In this document: positions 47,126 through 57,774 of the stretch, one piece after another | Position numbering within the stretch: the first letter of the stretch is position 1 | Layout: each line of letters opens with the position of its first letter | From: Candidatus Eiseniibacteriota bacterium | GTDB taxonomy: Bacteria > Eisenbacteria > RBG-16-71-46 > CAZEPH01 | Direction of reading: 5' to 3' | Assembly: GCA_044229145.1 (NCBI GenBank) | Contig: JBGATO010000008.1 | Location: 1-64,000 of the forward strand | DNA length: 64,000 bases | Program-made: the position numbers and the translations under genes | Notes under the pieces: model-generated | Databases searched by the model: none | Told to the model about the DNA's origin: nothing | The model's input: only the letters and a program-made list of their open reading frames with translations

Positions 47126-50100
47126 TTAGCGCCCCACGACGACCGCGCGCGTGGTGGACTGCGCTCCGCCGCTGCGCGCGCGCAGCCAGTAGACGCCCTG
47201 CGGGACGGCCCGGCCGTGCGCGTCGGCTCCGTCCCAGATCAATGCCCGCAATCCCGCCAGCAGCGGGCCGTTCCAGACTTCCCGCACGCGACGTCCTCGC
47301 GCGTCGAACGCTTCCACCTGTACCACCGGCTGTTCCCCTTCTCCGCCTGGAATTTCGAGACGCAAGGCGACCGGCGCAGGGCCCGGCGTGGCCCGCGGTG
47401 GGAGGAGCCGGAGCGCTGCGAAGTGTGCGGTCGGCTGCGCGGCCAGCGAATCGAGGCCGTGCAGGAGCGCGCCGAACGCATCGCCCCCTGAGGTGCGCGC
47501 GGCCCAGGCCTCGGCCTCCAGAGTGGTGACGAGTGTTGCCAGGCCTGCGCGGGGCCGTGCGGCCACCGCGAGCGGACGCCCGCCGGCATCTGCTGCGCGG
47601 GTGACCACCGCGGCTGTCGGTTCGGTCCCGGTGGGGAGGATCGCGGGCCGCACGCGCGGCGCGAGGGGGAAGCCGCCGTCCGGTGCGCCGGGCAGCCCGC
47701 GCGCGGAATCCGCGACGCCGGCGATGCCGGGGCGTGCGGCGAATGCGTCCGCTGCGAGCCGCCACGCCGCACCGCTGTCCGCCGCAGCGCGGATTGCAAA
47801 CACCATGCTCAGTGGCCCGACCGCCTCGCGCAGGGCGGCGCGGACTGCGGCCGCATCCTCGTCCGCGAACGCAGTTCCCGCCTCGAGCACGACATGTGCG
47901 TACTCGGTGAGCGGCACCGACGCCAGCGGAGTCGTGGCGGCGGCGAGCCACAAATCGGTCGCCGTGCCACGCGCCGACAACGAATCAGCCAGGTGCACTG
48001 CCGAGTCCCAGGCACCGCGGTCTGCCGCCAGGAGAGTCGGGGCGGACGGCACTGCGCCGAACTCGCGCCACGACGTGGCACCGGGCACGTGGGTGATGTT
48101 CTGCCGCCGCGCACGGTCGGTGACCCGCACACGGTAGCGGACGCGTTGGCCTGCGGGTTGCGCGGGCAGCGTCGCCACGAAGTCGCCGCCCGTGACCCGC
48201 GCATCGGTGCGCACGGTCGCGCTCCACCCGCTCATGCCAGGAGGACGGAACTGCCACAGCACCGCCACGGAATCGACTCCTGTGCCGCTGTCGCTCGCCG
48301 CAATCGCAATTTGTGGCGGGCTGCCGGGCCGCACGCTCGCCATGGCCGGCACCACGATCGCGGGCGCCACCGTGTCGACGATGACTTGGAAGGATCGTCC
48401 CGCGGCGGGGAGCGGCGCGCCGGCGCGATCGCGTCCGAGGAGCGCCAATTGCATCGTCGTGCCGGCCGGCACGCCGGGAAGCGTCGCGGTGTAGGTGTCG
48501 AAGCCCGGGCCCGGTGAGAGCGCGATCGCGTGTCCGATGGGATCCTGCGGCGGCGTCGCCACCGACAACGACAGCGAGGCGGTGTCCACACCGGCCGGCG
48601 CCCACGCCAGAACGCGCACGCGGTACGGCCCCTGGGTGTCCTCGATGTTCGGGAGCGTGGGCCACGCCACGCGGGCCGGTCCGCGCAACCAGCGCAACAG
48701 CGGATCCACGACCCCGCGAGCGTGCGTGGCCTGCAAAGCATAGGGCGACAACGCGAGCGCCACGACGCGCGGGAAGTCGCCGCGCCCCGCCGCACCCAAC
48801 GCGACCGAATCTCCCTCGGTGCAGTCGCGCAACAGCACTCGGGTGCCGGCACCCGGCCGCATCGGCGTCACCGCTGCGACGGCGGACCCGCTCAGCGCGG
48901 CGGACCACAGAGAGTCCGGCGCGGTGCACCACGTGACGGTCCGCTGCGGGCGGACGGCCGACCGCACGGCTCCTGTGTGCGCGAGGACATATGCCGTCAC
49001 CGTGCTGTCCGCGGCGCCGGTCGTGCCGGCTGATGCGAGCAGCAAGACGCCGGGCGCGCGCAGCGAATCGGTGCGCGCCAACGAATCGAGGACGCCGAGC
49101 GCTCGCACGGCGCCGCTCGCCGCTCCGTCGAGCGCGACCACGCGGTACTCGGCAAGCAGCGCGGCGGGCAGCACGCCGAAGCGCGCCTCGTCCCACACAT
49201 CGGCATCGGGCGACAGCTGCGTCACGCCGTCACCCGCCGGGCATGCGACCGGCGACAGATTGCATGGCGCCGGTGACGGGACGGGACACATCGCCCGGAC
49301 GGTGACCGGCGGCACGCTTGGCGGAGACACCGGCCACCACTCCACCGCGGGCGCGCTCGGCAGGACGCGATAGCTCCGCGTGCTGTCGCCGAGCGGGAGC
49401 CGGCGCTGGTTGCCGGCGACGTCGCTCGCCACCACGTACCAGTCGACCCGTGTGCCCCGGCGCTGCGCCGGGAGCACGACACGCATGCCACCCGGCGATC
49501 CGAACGGCGTCGCCGCGATCGTGTGCGTCGTCCGCCAGCCGTCCGTCGAGTAGTGCGCGGTCACGCCGGCCAAGGCGCCTTCGCCATCGCCGGCGATCAC
49601 GTCCAGCGTGCGCGTGCCGACGGTGTCGGGCGAGGAGAGCGGCTGCAGCGCCACCGACAACTCCGGCGCGATGTCGTCCTGCGTCGCCCAGTCGATGCGC
49701 ACGTCGTCGAGGAACCAGCCGGTGCCGGAGCCGCCGAGGTGCGCGCCCTCGAGGAAGCGGATGCGCACCGTTTGCCCGACGTACGCGGCGAGCGAGAACG
49801 CCATCGGGCGCCACAGCGCTTGCGTGCCGCCGAACGCGTATTGGCCGCCGATGCCCGGCGTCGATTGTGCGACGACGCCGTCGTACCCGCTCGCCGGGAA
49901 CAACGTCGCGTAGTGCACGCCGTCGGTGGAGATCTGCACCGTGCCGCCGTCGAGCAGCGCCGGTGGCGTGCCGTCGAAGTCGTAGCAGTGCCAGAAGCGC
50001 AGACTCGCCGCCGTGCGGTCCGCCGGCAAATGCACCGCCGGCAGCGTCAGCGTCGACGACGTGTACGACGAATAGCCGAAGCGCAGGCTGGTCGCCCACA

Positions 50101-53100
50101 CCTTGGTGCCGGAGTGCGGGCAGACGGCGTAGCCCTCGCCGATCGCCGGACTGAGGGGTGTGCCCCACTGCCAGTCGCGTCCGCCGACCGCGAACGCGCC
50201 GTCGTCGCTCTCGAAGTCCCACGCGAGCGTGCTCACCACGCGCAGTGCGTACTGGCCAAGGGCAGGCTGCATCGTGGAATTGGCGCGGCGCGAGGCATCG
50301 ACCGCACGCAGCTGATAGAACAACGTGTCCCCAGGCGATGCCGGGCCGGGCACCGACACCGCGAACGAGTCACCACTCACCGCGGTCGCCGCGGTTTCGC
50401 TCCACGCATCCGCGGAGTGCCATCGCCATACGGCCGACACGGCGCCCAGCCCGCGATCGTCCGCGGCGTGCAGCCCGAGGACGAACGGTCCAGTGACCTC
50501 TGCCGTCTGGTAGAGCGGCTGATGACGCACGGACGGCGCGAGCGAGTCCGCCACCACCTGCATCGCGTACGTCGAGGGATCGCCGTTCGCCTCGAACGCG
50601 AACGGCCAATAGCCGACGCGGCCGCCGGTATCGGCAACGCTCACGCGATACCGCACGCGGCTGCCGAGCGGCTGCGGCGGGATGGCGCCGTGGAAGCTGC
50701 CGTCGTCGCCGCGTGTGAGGGCGAGCGCGATCTCGGCGCCGGCGTTGACGCTGTAGTGCACCAACACGGCGGTGGTGTCGATCGGCGTGTTGGCAGCCCG
50801 CACCGTGATGGCGAGCGGCAAGGGCGTGGCGTCGTCGTCGGTATCGCGGAGCGGTGTGCCGCTGGGCACTGGCGCCAATTCCAGCCAGCCGAGCGCGCCG
50901 TCCAGGAGCGCGACCTGTTCGTCCGTCGACGGCATCTCCTCGAGCCCGAAGCCGGCGAAGACCAAGCGCGCGCCGCTCGCCTCGGCGCCGAGGTCGGCGG
51001 CGATCGCCGCCACCGCGCCATTGGCGCTGCCGCTGCCGCCATACACCAGAGACACCGACGCCGGTGCCACCGGCACCAGCGCGCTCGGCCGCTCCGCCGG
51101 CCCGCCGGGCTGCGGCACGATGGTCGCCGTGAAGCCGGTGAACAGCGTATCGCCGCTCGCCGCGCGCACACTCGACGGCGCGCTGATGTCCGCCGCCGCG
51201 GTCGCCCGCAACACGCGCCCGAGGAACGGATCGACCACGAACTCCTTCGCCACACCCTTGCCCATGACCAGGGCGCGGCCGCCTTGCGCGAGGTAACTCT
51301 CCATCGCCGCCTGATCGTCGGGCGAGAACGTGTTGATCGTGGCGTCGCCGGTAAACCACAGCACCTTGCCGTAATGCAGCAGCGTCGCCACGTCCGGCCG
51401 CGTGTACGTGAGGACGAAGCGGTGACCGCCGGCGGCGAGGGCGGCGGCGTAGAGGTCGGCGTAGTCGGGGAAGTCGGCCGCGTCCACCACCAGCAACTCC
51501 GGGTGCGTGAGGGCGAGGCGCAGGTCGCTCACCCCCTCGGCCGGGACGCTGATGGCGGCGAACAGCGTGTCGTAGGGCGCCGGCGGCACCACGCGGATGC
51601 TGTCGATGCCGACCGGCACCGTGGCGATGAAGCCGCCGGTCGCATCGCACTGCCATGTCGCGGCCACCAGGCCGCCGTGCAGCATCTCGAGCGTTGCCGC
51701 GACGCCGGTGCGGCTCAGCGCGTCGATGGCGCGGCCGCTCACTACCGCGGTCGGCAGCGGCGTCAGCGCGAGGTCGAGCGTCTGCGGCACGTCGAGCGGC
51801 AGCGTGACCGTGGCGGTGAGCGGCGCGTACCCGTAGGCGCTGACCTCGTAGGTCATCATGGCCGCAGGCGGCCGCACCGCGAATCCGCCATCGGCCAGGC
51901 TGCGCAGCGTGAAGGTGGATCCGTCGCTCTGTACGGTCAGCGAGGCGCCGGCGAGCGGCGCACCGCTCACCGCGTCGCGCACGACTCCCGAGAACCATGG
52001 GCGCCCGGCGTACGCTGCCGTCACCGCCGCGTACGCGTCGACCTCGCCGCCGCCCGAGGCGATGTCGGCGCCGGCCGGGGCGATGTCGCGCGCGGTGCGC
52101 ACCAGGATCGCCCGCACGCTGTCCGGTGCGATCGCCGGATTCGCCTCGCGCATCAGGGCGACGACGCCGGCCAGGAACGGCGCCGACTCGGAGGTGCCGC
52201 TGGTGATCGAGTAGCCGCCTCCCGGCACCGTCGAGTAGATGTCGGTCCCGGGCGCGACGAGATCGGGCTTCGCATACACGCCGTCGTAGGGCGCGTGATG
52301 CCAGGTCACCCACCCGCGCGCGCTGTACGGCGCCACCTCGCCGCTGGCGTCGGTGGCGCCCGCGCCGATGCAGTCGGGGATGTTGGCCGGCGCGGCCAAC
52401 GACGACGGCGAATTGCCCATCGCCCCGATCACCACGGCGCCGAGGGTGCGCAACGTGCGCACCGGCTCGATCAGCGCGCTCACGGTGTCCGCCGTGCCGA
52501 GGCTGAGGTTCACGACGTGCGCACCGTCGTCGGTGAGGGGATCGTCGTCGGGATCGGCGGACCACTCGAGGCCGCCGATGATCTGCATCAGGCGGCCTTC
52601 GCCGCGCGGCGTCACCAGTCCGGCCATGAGCGCGGCCCCGGGCGCCACGCCGATGGCGACGCCGCTGGTCGCGCCGCCGAGCGCCACGCCGCTGACGTGG
52701 GTTCCGTGCACGTCGGAGTCGTAGGGCGGGAGCGGGTGCGCATCGCGTGCGCCGTCGGCTCCGAACGTCATCCAGCCGCCCGGGTACGTCGGATCGCTCG
52801 GATTGCGCGTCACCATCTTTCCGGCGAGATCGGGATGCGAGATGTCGACGCCGCTGTCGAGGATGCAGACCCGCACGCCCGAGCCGTCGAGGCCGTACAC
52901 GCGCGCCGCTTCGTCGACGCCGGTGACGCCGCGCGGCGACCACAGCGGGTCGACGTGCACGGTGGCGCGTCGCGGGGTAGTGAGCGTCTGCACGCCGACG
53001 TCGTCGCGCACCCACCGGACGTCGGCGCGGCGCGCCAACTCGTCACGCAGCCGCGGGCTGACCTCGGCGGCGACGATCGGCGCGAGCCAGAAGCCGTGGA

Positions 53101-53350
53101 CCGCGCCCGCTTCGCCGTCCTGCACCGCACGCGTCAGGCGGGCGAGCACGCCGGCTTCGGCGACCGCGGCGGTTTCGCGCAGCCGTTGCGCGCGCACCGC
53201 GCGCAGCGCCGTCTGCTCGACGCGCGGTGCCTCGGCCGCCGGGCGTACGCCGATCAGCACCGGCACCCGCTGCTCCGCGGCGCGCGCGATCGCCCCACGG
53301 CCCAGCCACAGAAACAGCACGGCCACCACCCAACGCGAGACGCGCGGCAT
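47126..53350 (-). CDS. Large secreted S8 (subtilisin-family) serine peptidase with accessory beta-domains and a FlgD-Ig/T9SS-like C-terminal domain
   Basis: ATG at 53350 with GAGGA RBS and a signal peptide. Catalytic motifs ILDSGVD, HGTHVSG, GAMGN, KPDLVAPG and SGTSESAP. Confidence 0.9.
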   Translation of the reverse strand: MPRVSRWVVAVLFLWLGRGAIARAAEQRVPVLIGVRPAAEAPRVEQTALRAVRAQRLRETAAVAEAGVLARLTRAVQDGEAGAVHGFWLAPIVAAEVSPRLRDELARRADVRWVRDDVGVQTLTTPRRATVHVDPLWSPRGVTGVDEAARVYGLDGSGVRVCILDSGVDISHPDLAGKMVTRNPSDPTYPGGWMTFGADGARDAHPLPPYDSDVHGTHVSGVALGGATSGVAIGVAPGAALMAGLVTPRGEGRLMQIIGGLEWSADPDDDPLTDDGAHVVNLSLGTADTVSALIEPVRTLRTLGAVVIGAMGNSPSSLAAPANIPDCIGAGATDASGEVAPYSARGWVTWHHAPYDGVYAKPDLVAPGTDIYSTVPGGGYSITSGTSESAPFLAGVVALMREANPAIAPDSVRAILVRTARDIAPAGADIASGGGEVDAYAAVTAAYAGRPWFSGVVRDAVSGAPLAGASLTVQSDGSTFTLRSLADGGFAVRPPAAMMTYEVSAYGYAPLTATVTLPLDVPQTLDLALTPLPTAVVSGRAIDALSRTGVAATLEMLHGGLVAATWQCDATGGFIATVPVGIDSIRVVPPAPYDTLFAAISVPAEGVSDLRLALTHPELLVVDAADFPDYADLYAAALAAGGHRFVLTYTRPDVATLLHYGKVLWFTGDATINTFSPDDQAAMESYLAQGGRALVMGKGVAKEFVVDPFLGRVLRATAAADISAPSSVRAASGDTLFTGFTATIVPQPGGPAERPSALVPVAPASVSLVYGGSGSANGAVAAIAADLGAEASGARLVFAGFGLEEMPSTDEQVALLDGALGWLELAPVPSGTPLRDTDDDATPLPLAITVRAANTPIDTTAVLVHYSVNAGAEIALALTRGDDGSFHGAIPPQPLGSRVRYRVSVADTGGRVGYWPFAFEANGDPSTYAMQVVADSLAPSVRHQPLYQTAEVTGPFVLGLHAADDRGLGAVSAVWRWHSADAWSETAATAVSGDSFAVSVPGPASPGDTLFYQLRAVDASRRANSTMQPALGQYALRVVSTLAWDFESDDGAFAVGGRDWQWGTPLSPAIGEGYAVCPHSGTKVWATSLRFGYSSYTSSTLTLPAVHLPADRTAASLRFWHCYDFDGTPPALLDGGTVQISTDGVHYATLFPASGYDGVVAQSTPGIGGQYAFGGTQALWRPMAFSLAAYVGQTVRIRFLEGAHLGGSGTGWFLDDVRIDWATQDDIAPELSVALQPLSSPDTVGTRTLDVIAGDGEGALAGVTAHYSTDGWRTTHTIAATPFGSPGGMRVVLPAQRRGTRVDWYVVASDVAGNQRRLPLGDSTRSYRVLPSAPAVEWWPVSPPSVPPVTVRAMCPVPSPAPCNLSPVACPAGDGVTQLSPDADVWDEARFGVLPAALLAEYRVVALDGAASGAVRALGVLDSLARTDSLRAPGVLLLASAGTTGAADSTVTAYVLAHTGAVRSAVRPQRTVTWCTAPDSLWSAALSGSAVAAVTPMRPGAGTRVLLRDCTEGDSVALGAAGRGDFPRVVALALSPYALQATHARGVVDPLLRWLRGPARVAWPTLPNIEDTQGPYRVRVLAWAPAGVDTASLSLSVATPPQDPIGHAIALSPGPGFDTYTATLPGVPAGTTMQLALLGRDRAGAPLPAAGRSFQVIVDTVAPAIVVPAMASVRPGSPPQIAIAASDSGTGVDSVAVLWQFRPPGMSGWSATVRTDARVTGGDFVATLPAQPAGQRVRYRVRVTDRARRQNITHVPGATSWREFGAVPSAPTLLAADRGAWDSAVHLADSLSARGTATDLWLAAATTPLASVPLTEYAHVVLEAGTAFADEDAAAVRAALREAVGPLSMVFAIRAAADSGAAWRLAADAFAARPGIAGVADSARGLPGAPDGGFPLAPRVRPAILPTGTEPTAAVVTRAADAGGRPLAVAARPRAGLATLVTTLEAEAWAARTSGGDAFGALLHGLDSLAAQPTAHFAALRLLPPRATPGPAPVALRLEIPGGEGEQPVVQVEAFDARGRRVREVWNGPLLAGLRALIWDGADAHGRAVPQGVYWLRARSGGAQSTTRAVVVGR

Positions 53351-53694
53351 CGAGGTCCTCCGGTGAGGCGAAACGGGATCTGCGCGGAGCACGGAGCCAA
53401 CTTCCGTGAGGTGGGGGATCGCCCCGATGCTAGTCGCCGCGCGCCATGCGGTCAACGCATCGCGCAGTCCCGGCATCGCCTCGCTTGACCCGCACCCCGC
53501 GCGATCGGTAGGATCATGCAGTTGGGTCCCCCAGCTTTGATCCCGTTCGGATGCGACGTGTCCACCCACGCGCCGTGCACGAGCAGCCCCCTCCCGGTAT
53601 CGCAGCCTTGGCGTTCTTCGCAGGGTCGCGCGCGCCCGTTCGAGCGCAACGCGACCGGGCGCCAACCGATCCGCTGACTCGTCCGGAGGAGCCC

Positions 53695-55437
53695 ATGCCC
53701 GCTTCTGCTCCCATTGTCCGTCCCCGGCGCTTCCCCCGCGTCTTGTTGACCGGCCTCGCATGTCTGGCGAGCGCCGTCGTATTCCCGTTGGCCGCGCACG
53801 CCGTCTGGGTGCCCCAGGGCGCGCAACTCGGCCCGATCCCGGGCGATCAACTGCAGCCGGTGACCGTTCCCGATGGCAGCGGCGGCATGTTCGTCGCGTG
53901 GAACGACGGCCGCGGTGTCGGCGAGGACATCTACGTCCAGCGCGTCGACGCCAACGGTAACCCGCTGTGGGCGCAGGGCGGCATCGTCGCCTGCAACGCC
54001 ACCGGCACGCAGAACGACGTGCAGATGATCTCGGATGGCGCGGGCGGCGTGATCCTCGGCTGGTGGGACTTCCGCTCCGGCATCTCGCTCTACGCGCAAC
54101 GCATCGACGCCGCCGGCACCCGTCTGTGGGCCACCAACGGCGTGGCGATCACCACGCTGACCTGCTGGCACTCCTTCTCGATGAGCAGCGACGGTTTCAA
54201 CGGCGCCATCTTCACGTACGAACGGTGCGGCACCACGACCGGGCTCGACATCGGCGCGCAGCGGGTCAACTCCGCCGGCAGCGTGCGCTGGGGCACCACC
54301 GGCGTCGTGGTCTGCGCTGCGGCGAACGACCAGACTTCGCCCGGCGTGTCGGTGACCGACGACGGCAGCGGCAGCTGCATCGTGTCGTGGGCCGACGACC
54401 GCGAGGGGACGCAAATCGGCAACAGCATCTACGCGCAGAAGATCTCCTCGGCGGGCGCGATGCTGTGGCCCGGCGGTGGCCTGCCGGTCTCCCTCTACGT
54501 CGCGGCGTCGAACCAGTGGCCCGTGCGCGTGCACGGCGATGGCGCCGATGGTGCGGTGCTCACCTGGTACGACGCCGGCATCGGCACCTACAAGGTTTGG
54601 CAGCAGCGCGTGAACGGCCTCGGGCAGTCGCAGTGGACGACCGGCGGCATCCGCGTCTGCACCGCGCTCGGGTCGCAGTACTATCCCGAAGTGTGTCGCG
54701 ACGGGAACGGCGGCAGCATCGTCGTGTGGTACGACCAGCGCTCCGATCCGCTCGGCGACCTCTACGCGCAGCGCATCTCGAGCACCGGGACCTTGCAGTG
54801 GGATCCCAGCGGTGTCCCGGTGTGTCTGGCGCCGGAGGAGCAGTACCAGTACTCGATCGGCGCGGACGGGGCGAACGGCGCCTTCGTGGTGTGGCAGGAT
54901 GCCCGCGCCGACACCGCGAGCGACATCTACGCGCAGCACATCACCGACACCGGGGCGTGGACGTGGGGCGATGCGAACGGCGTCGCGATCGGGCAGGCGC
55001 CGCTCTATCAGGTGATGGCCTCGATGGCGCCGGACGGTCAGGGCGGCCTGGTGGCGGCCTGGGAGGACTTCCGCAACCTCACCGACTACGAGATCTACGT
55101 CACCCGCGTCCCGAACACGTTGGTCGCGGTCGGTGATCCTGCGGGCCGCGCGGATGGACGCGCACTGACGGTGAGTCCTTCGCTCATCGGTCGGGGCCGC
55201 CCGGCGGCGAGCATCGTTGCCGCTGGTGTGCGGGCACCGGTTGCGGAGTTGGTGGTGAGCGATATCGCCGGGCGCGTCGTGCACCGCGCGACGCTCCGGC
55301 CCACAGGATTGGGAGAAGTGCGCGCGCGCTGGGACGGCAGGGGCGCCGACGGACGCGCCGCAGCCAATGGCGTGTACGCGGTCACCGTGCGCGCCGGCGG
55401 CGCCGCGTGGCGCCACAACATCGTGGTGGCGCGATAG
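53695..55437 (+). CDS. Secreted repeat (beta-propeller-like) protein with FlgD-Ig/T9SS-like C-terminal domain
   Basis: GGAGGA RBS and a signal peptide. About seven repeats of DG.GG..V.W.D.R....DIYAQR....G...W...G. Confidence 0.88.
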   Translation: MPASAPIVRPRRFPRVLLTGLACLASAVVFPLAAHAVWVPQGAQLGPIPGDQLQPVTVPDGSGGMFVAWNDGRGVGEDIYVQRVDANGNPLWAQGGIVACNATGTQNDVQMISDGAGGVILGWWDFRSGISLYAQRIDAAGTRLWATNGVAITTLTCWHSFSMSSDGFNGAIFTYERCGTTTGLDIGAQRVNSAGSVRWGTTGVVVCAAANDQTSPGVSVTDDGSGSCIVSWADDREGTQIGNSIYAQKISSAGAMLWPGGGLPVSLYVAASNQWPVRVHGDGADGAVLTWYDAGIGTYKVWQQRVNGLGQSQWTTGGIRVCTALGSQYYPEVCRDGNGGSIVVWYDQRSDPLGDLYAQRISSTGTLQWDPSGVPVCLAPEEQYQYSIGADGANGAFVVWQDARADTASDIYAQHITDTGAWTWGDANGVAIGQAPLYQVMASMAPDGQGGLVAAWEDFRNLTDYEIYVTRVPNTLVAVGDPAGRADGRALTVSPSLIGRGRPAASIVAAGVRAPVAELVVSDIAGRVVHRATLRPTGLGEVRARWDGRGADGRAAANGVYAVTVRAGGAAWRHNIVVAR

Positions 55438-55455
55438 GGGTCAAGGACATGACAG

Positions 55456-57333
55456 GTGAGTTTCGTGGACGCAGGCGCGCTGACGCGCGCCGTCACCGTG
55501 GCGGTCGCGTGGGCGGCGCTGTTGGCCGCGCCGCGGGCCGCGCACGCAGCGGCGAACGCCGGCGGCGTCGCCTCGCTTTCGTGGAGCGTCAACGACACCG
55601 TCTCGACGTTGGCCAGCGCGCCGGGCGGCTCGGCCACGCTCTACATGCGGCTCGGATTGGTGTCGGAGATCAAAGGCATCCAGTACACCCTGCACTGGAG
55701 CGACAACTCCGGCAGCGGCTGCGTGCGCTTGAAGTCGATCATCGACGCGCCGGCCGACGATGGCGGCTGCGTGTGGGCGATGCGCGGTCCGGCGGTGCCC
55801 ATCACCTCGACACCGGACGACACCAACTCGGCCGGCCGCCTGTTCATCGCCCGCGCCGTGCCGATCGAGCAGTTGTCCCACTGCAGCTCGGGCACCGTGG
55901 CCGGCGTGACCTTCAACTTCGGCGATTGTCCGCCGACGGAAGGCGTCTCGTTCTGTCTCGAGTCGTTCCTGGTGATCGACGGGCAGAACGCGGTGGACAC
56001 GCTGACCATCGCCGGCGACGCGCACTTCGCCAGCGGCGCGGCGGTCCGGGCGTGCGGTCCGCTTCCGCGCCCGCGCATCGACCGTATCCTGCCGTCGGAC
56101 GCGCTGTTCGGTTCGCATCCGACGCTCACCGTGTCCGGCTTCAACTTCCTCAGTCCGACGCGGATTCGCTTGGTGCGCGCACCCGCGGATACGTTGCTGC
56201 CGACCAGCACCTTCTACCACAACGCCTCCGACATGACGGCGGCGTTCGACCTCTCGGCGGCGCCCAGCGGGATGTCGCCGATCTTCGGCACGTGGTCGCT
56301 GGTGGTGATCAATCCGGACGGGCAAGGGCCGAGCAAGGCGGCGACGTTCGTGGTGCGTGTGCCGGCACCGCAGATCGACTCGATCCGGCCGCTCACGCTG
56401 TTCTCCGGACCGGGACGCGGCCGCACCACCACCGTGCGTTTCTACGGTCGCGACTTCTACAACAACCCCACGCCGCCCACCGTGCGCCTGTCGAATGGTG
56501 CTCTCACCGTGCTGCCGGGCGTCAACCCGCGGCTGGAAACGCCGAACGTGCTGGCCGCCGAGTTCAGCGTGCCGGATTCGCTCGCCCAACTCGCCAGCGG
56601 CGACATCGCCGATCACGCGTTCGCGGTGACGATGGCGAATCAGGCGTCGAGCGAGGCGACGGTCAGCCGCGGCATCTACCTCTACCGGCCGTCGCCTCTG
56701 CTCACCAGCGTCAAGACGACGGCCGAAGTCGGCGGGAACCGTGTGGTCTGGAGCCTTGACGCGGCCACCTCCGGCAGCCGGTTCCGCGTGACCCGCCAGT
56801 CGTTCCGCTGCGGTGTGCTCGACCGCACCGCGACGCTCTACGACAGCGTGTACACGCAGGGCCGCAGCTTCCACTACGTCGACACCCACGTGCCGATCGG
56901 CCGCGCCGTCGTGTATTCGGTGCGCCACGTCTATCTGCTCGGGCTGGCGGACTCGGTCGTGGCCGAACTGACGAGTGCCGACACGCTCGGCACGCGCTGC
57001 CCGGACAGCGGCGGGGGTGGTGGCGGAGGTGGCGGCGGGGGCGGTGGTTCCAGCGACGCGTTCGTGCTGGCCGGGAGCGTCTTCCGCCCGCCCACGTCGC
57101 AGGCCCGCTTCGTGGTGAGCGCCAGCACGGAGCAACGTGTCGTGGCGACGGTATTCGACCTCGGCGGGCGGCGCGTTCGCTCGATCGCCGATGGCACGGT
57201 GCCGGCGGGCGACACCGAGTTCGCGTGGGACGGCCGTCGCGACGACGGCCACGATGCCTCGATCGGCATCTACGTGCTCAAGATGGAACGCGGTGCGACC
57301 GTGTCGATGCACCGCTTGGTCCTCGTGCGCTGA
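55456..57333 (+). CDS. Secreted protein with IPT/TIG-like domains, a poly-Gly linker and a FlgD-Ig/T9SS-like C-terminal domain
   Basis: Signal peptide ending AAHA. P.IDRI.P...TVSGFNF and PQIDSIRP...YGRDF. Gly13 linker near 57009-57047. Confidence 0.82.
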   Translation: MSFVDAGALTRAVTVAVAWAALLAAPRAAHAAANAGGVASLSWSVNDTVSTLASAPGGSATLYMRLGLVSEIKGIQYTLHWSDNSGSGCVRLKSIIDAPADDGGCVWAMRGPAVPITSTPDDTNSAGRLFIARAVPIEQLSHCSSGTVAGVTFNFGDCPPTEGVSFCLESFLVIDGQNAVDTLTIAGDAHFASGAAVRACGPLPRPRIDRILPSDALFGSHPTLTVSGFNFLSPTRIRLVRAPADTLLPTSTFYHNASDMTAAFDLSAAPSGMSPIFGTWSLVVINPDGQGPSKAATFVVRVPAPQIDSIRPLTLFSGPGRGRTTTVRFYGRDFYNNPTPPTVRLSNGALTVLPGVNPRLETPNVLAAEFSVPDSLAQLASGDIADHAFAVTMANQASSEATVSRGIYLYRPSPLLTSVKTTAEVGGNRVVWSLDAATSGSRFRVTRQSFRCGVLDRTATLYDSVYTQGRSFHYVDTHVPIGRAVVYSVRHVYLLGLADSVVAELTSADTLGTRCPDSGGGGGGGGGGGGGSSDAFVLAGSVFRPPTSQARFVVSASTEQRVVATVFDLGGRRVRSIADGTVPAGDTEFAWDGRRDDGHDASIGIYVLKMERGATVSMHRLVLVR

Positions 57334-57368
57334 CGGCGCGCGGCGCGGCGATCCCGCGCCGCGCCGCG

Positions 57369-57701
57369 CTAGCCGCGGGCGCCGATCGCGCCGGCGTCGA
57401 TTTCGATCCAGTCGTCGGCTTTGGCGTCGTAGCGGAATAGCCGCACGCGGTCCGACTTCTCGGTCTCGGAATACGTGTATTCGGTGCTCGCCCCGGCGCC
57501 GAGCCGGTTCGAGTAGCGCTGCTTGCGATCCAGCACCACCGGCTTCACGGTGCGTTCGACCTTCATCTTGCCCATCGGGCCTTCGAAGACGACGGTCTCG
57601 ATCTCGCCGGGGCCGGTGGGTACGTCCTCGATCGTGCGGTCGAGCATGGTGAATTTCCGGTCGATCTGCTCGAGCAGTTCGATCCACTTGTCCTCGGTCA
57701 C
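57369..57701 (-). CDS. Hypothetical protein (110 aa)
   Basis: AGGAA RBS, typical GC3 codon usage and a globular charged sequence (FEGPMGKMK.ER..KPVVLD). Confidence 0.75.
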   Translation of the reverse strand: MTEDKWIELLEQIDRKFTMLDRTIEDVPTGPGEIETVVFEGPMGKMKVERTVKPVVLDRKQRYSNRLGAGASTEYTYSETEKSDRVRLFRYDAKADDWIEIDAGAIGARG

Positions 57702-57774
57702 GTTCCTGCCTCCTGCCAGGTCCCGAACGGGCTTGCGTTCGCCCGCTCCCGGTTCGGAAAATAACCCGCGACGC

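Noticed and set aside
49240..49312. Pro/Cys-rich segment in the S8 protease with faint 7-nt periodicity, possibly an inserted repeat element
   Set aside because: The periodicity is too degenerate and I saw no second copy in the window.
57009..57047. GGN run as a phase-variable tract
   Set aside because: It uses mixed Gly codons rather than a pure repeat, consistent with an ordinary flexible linker.
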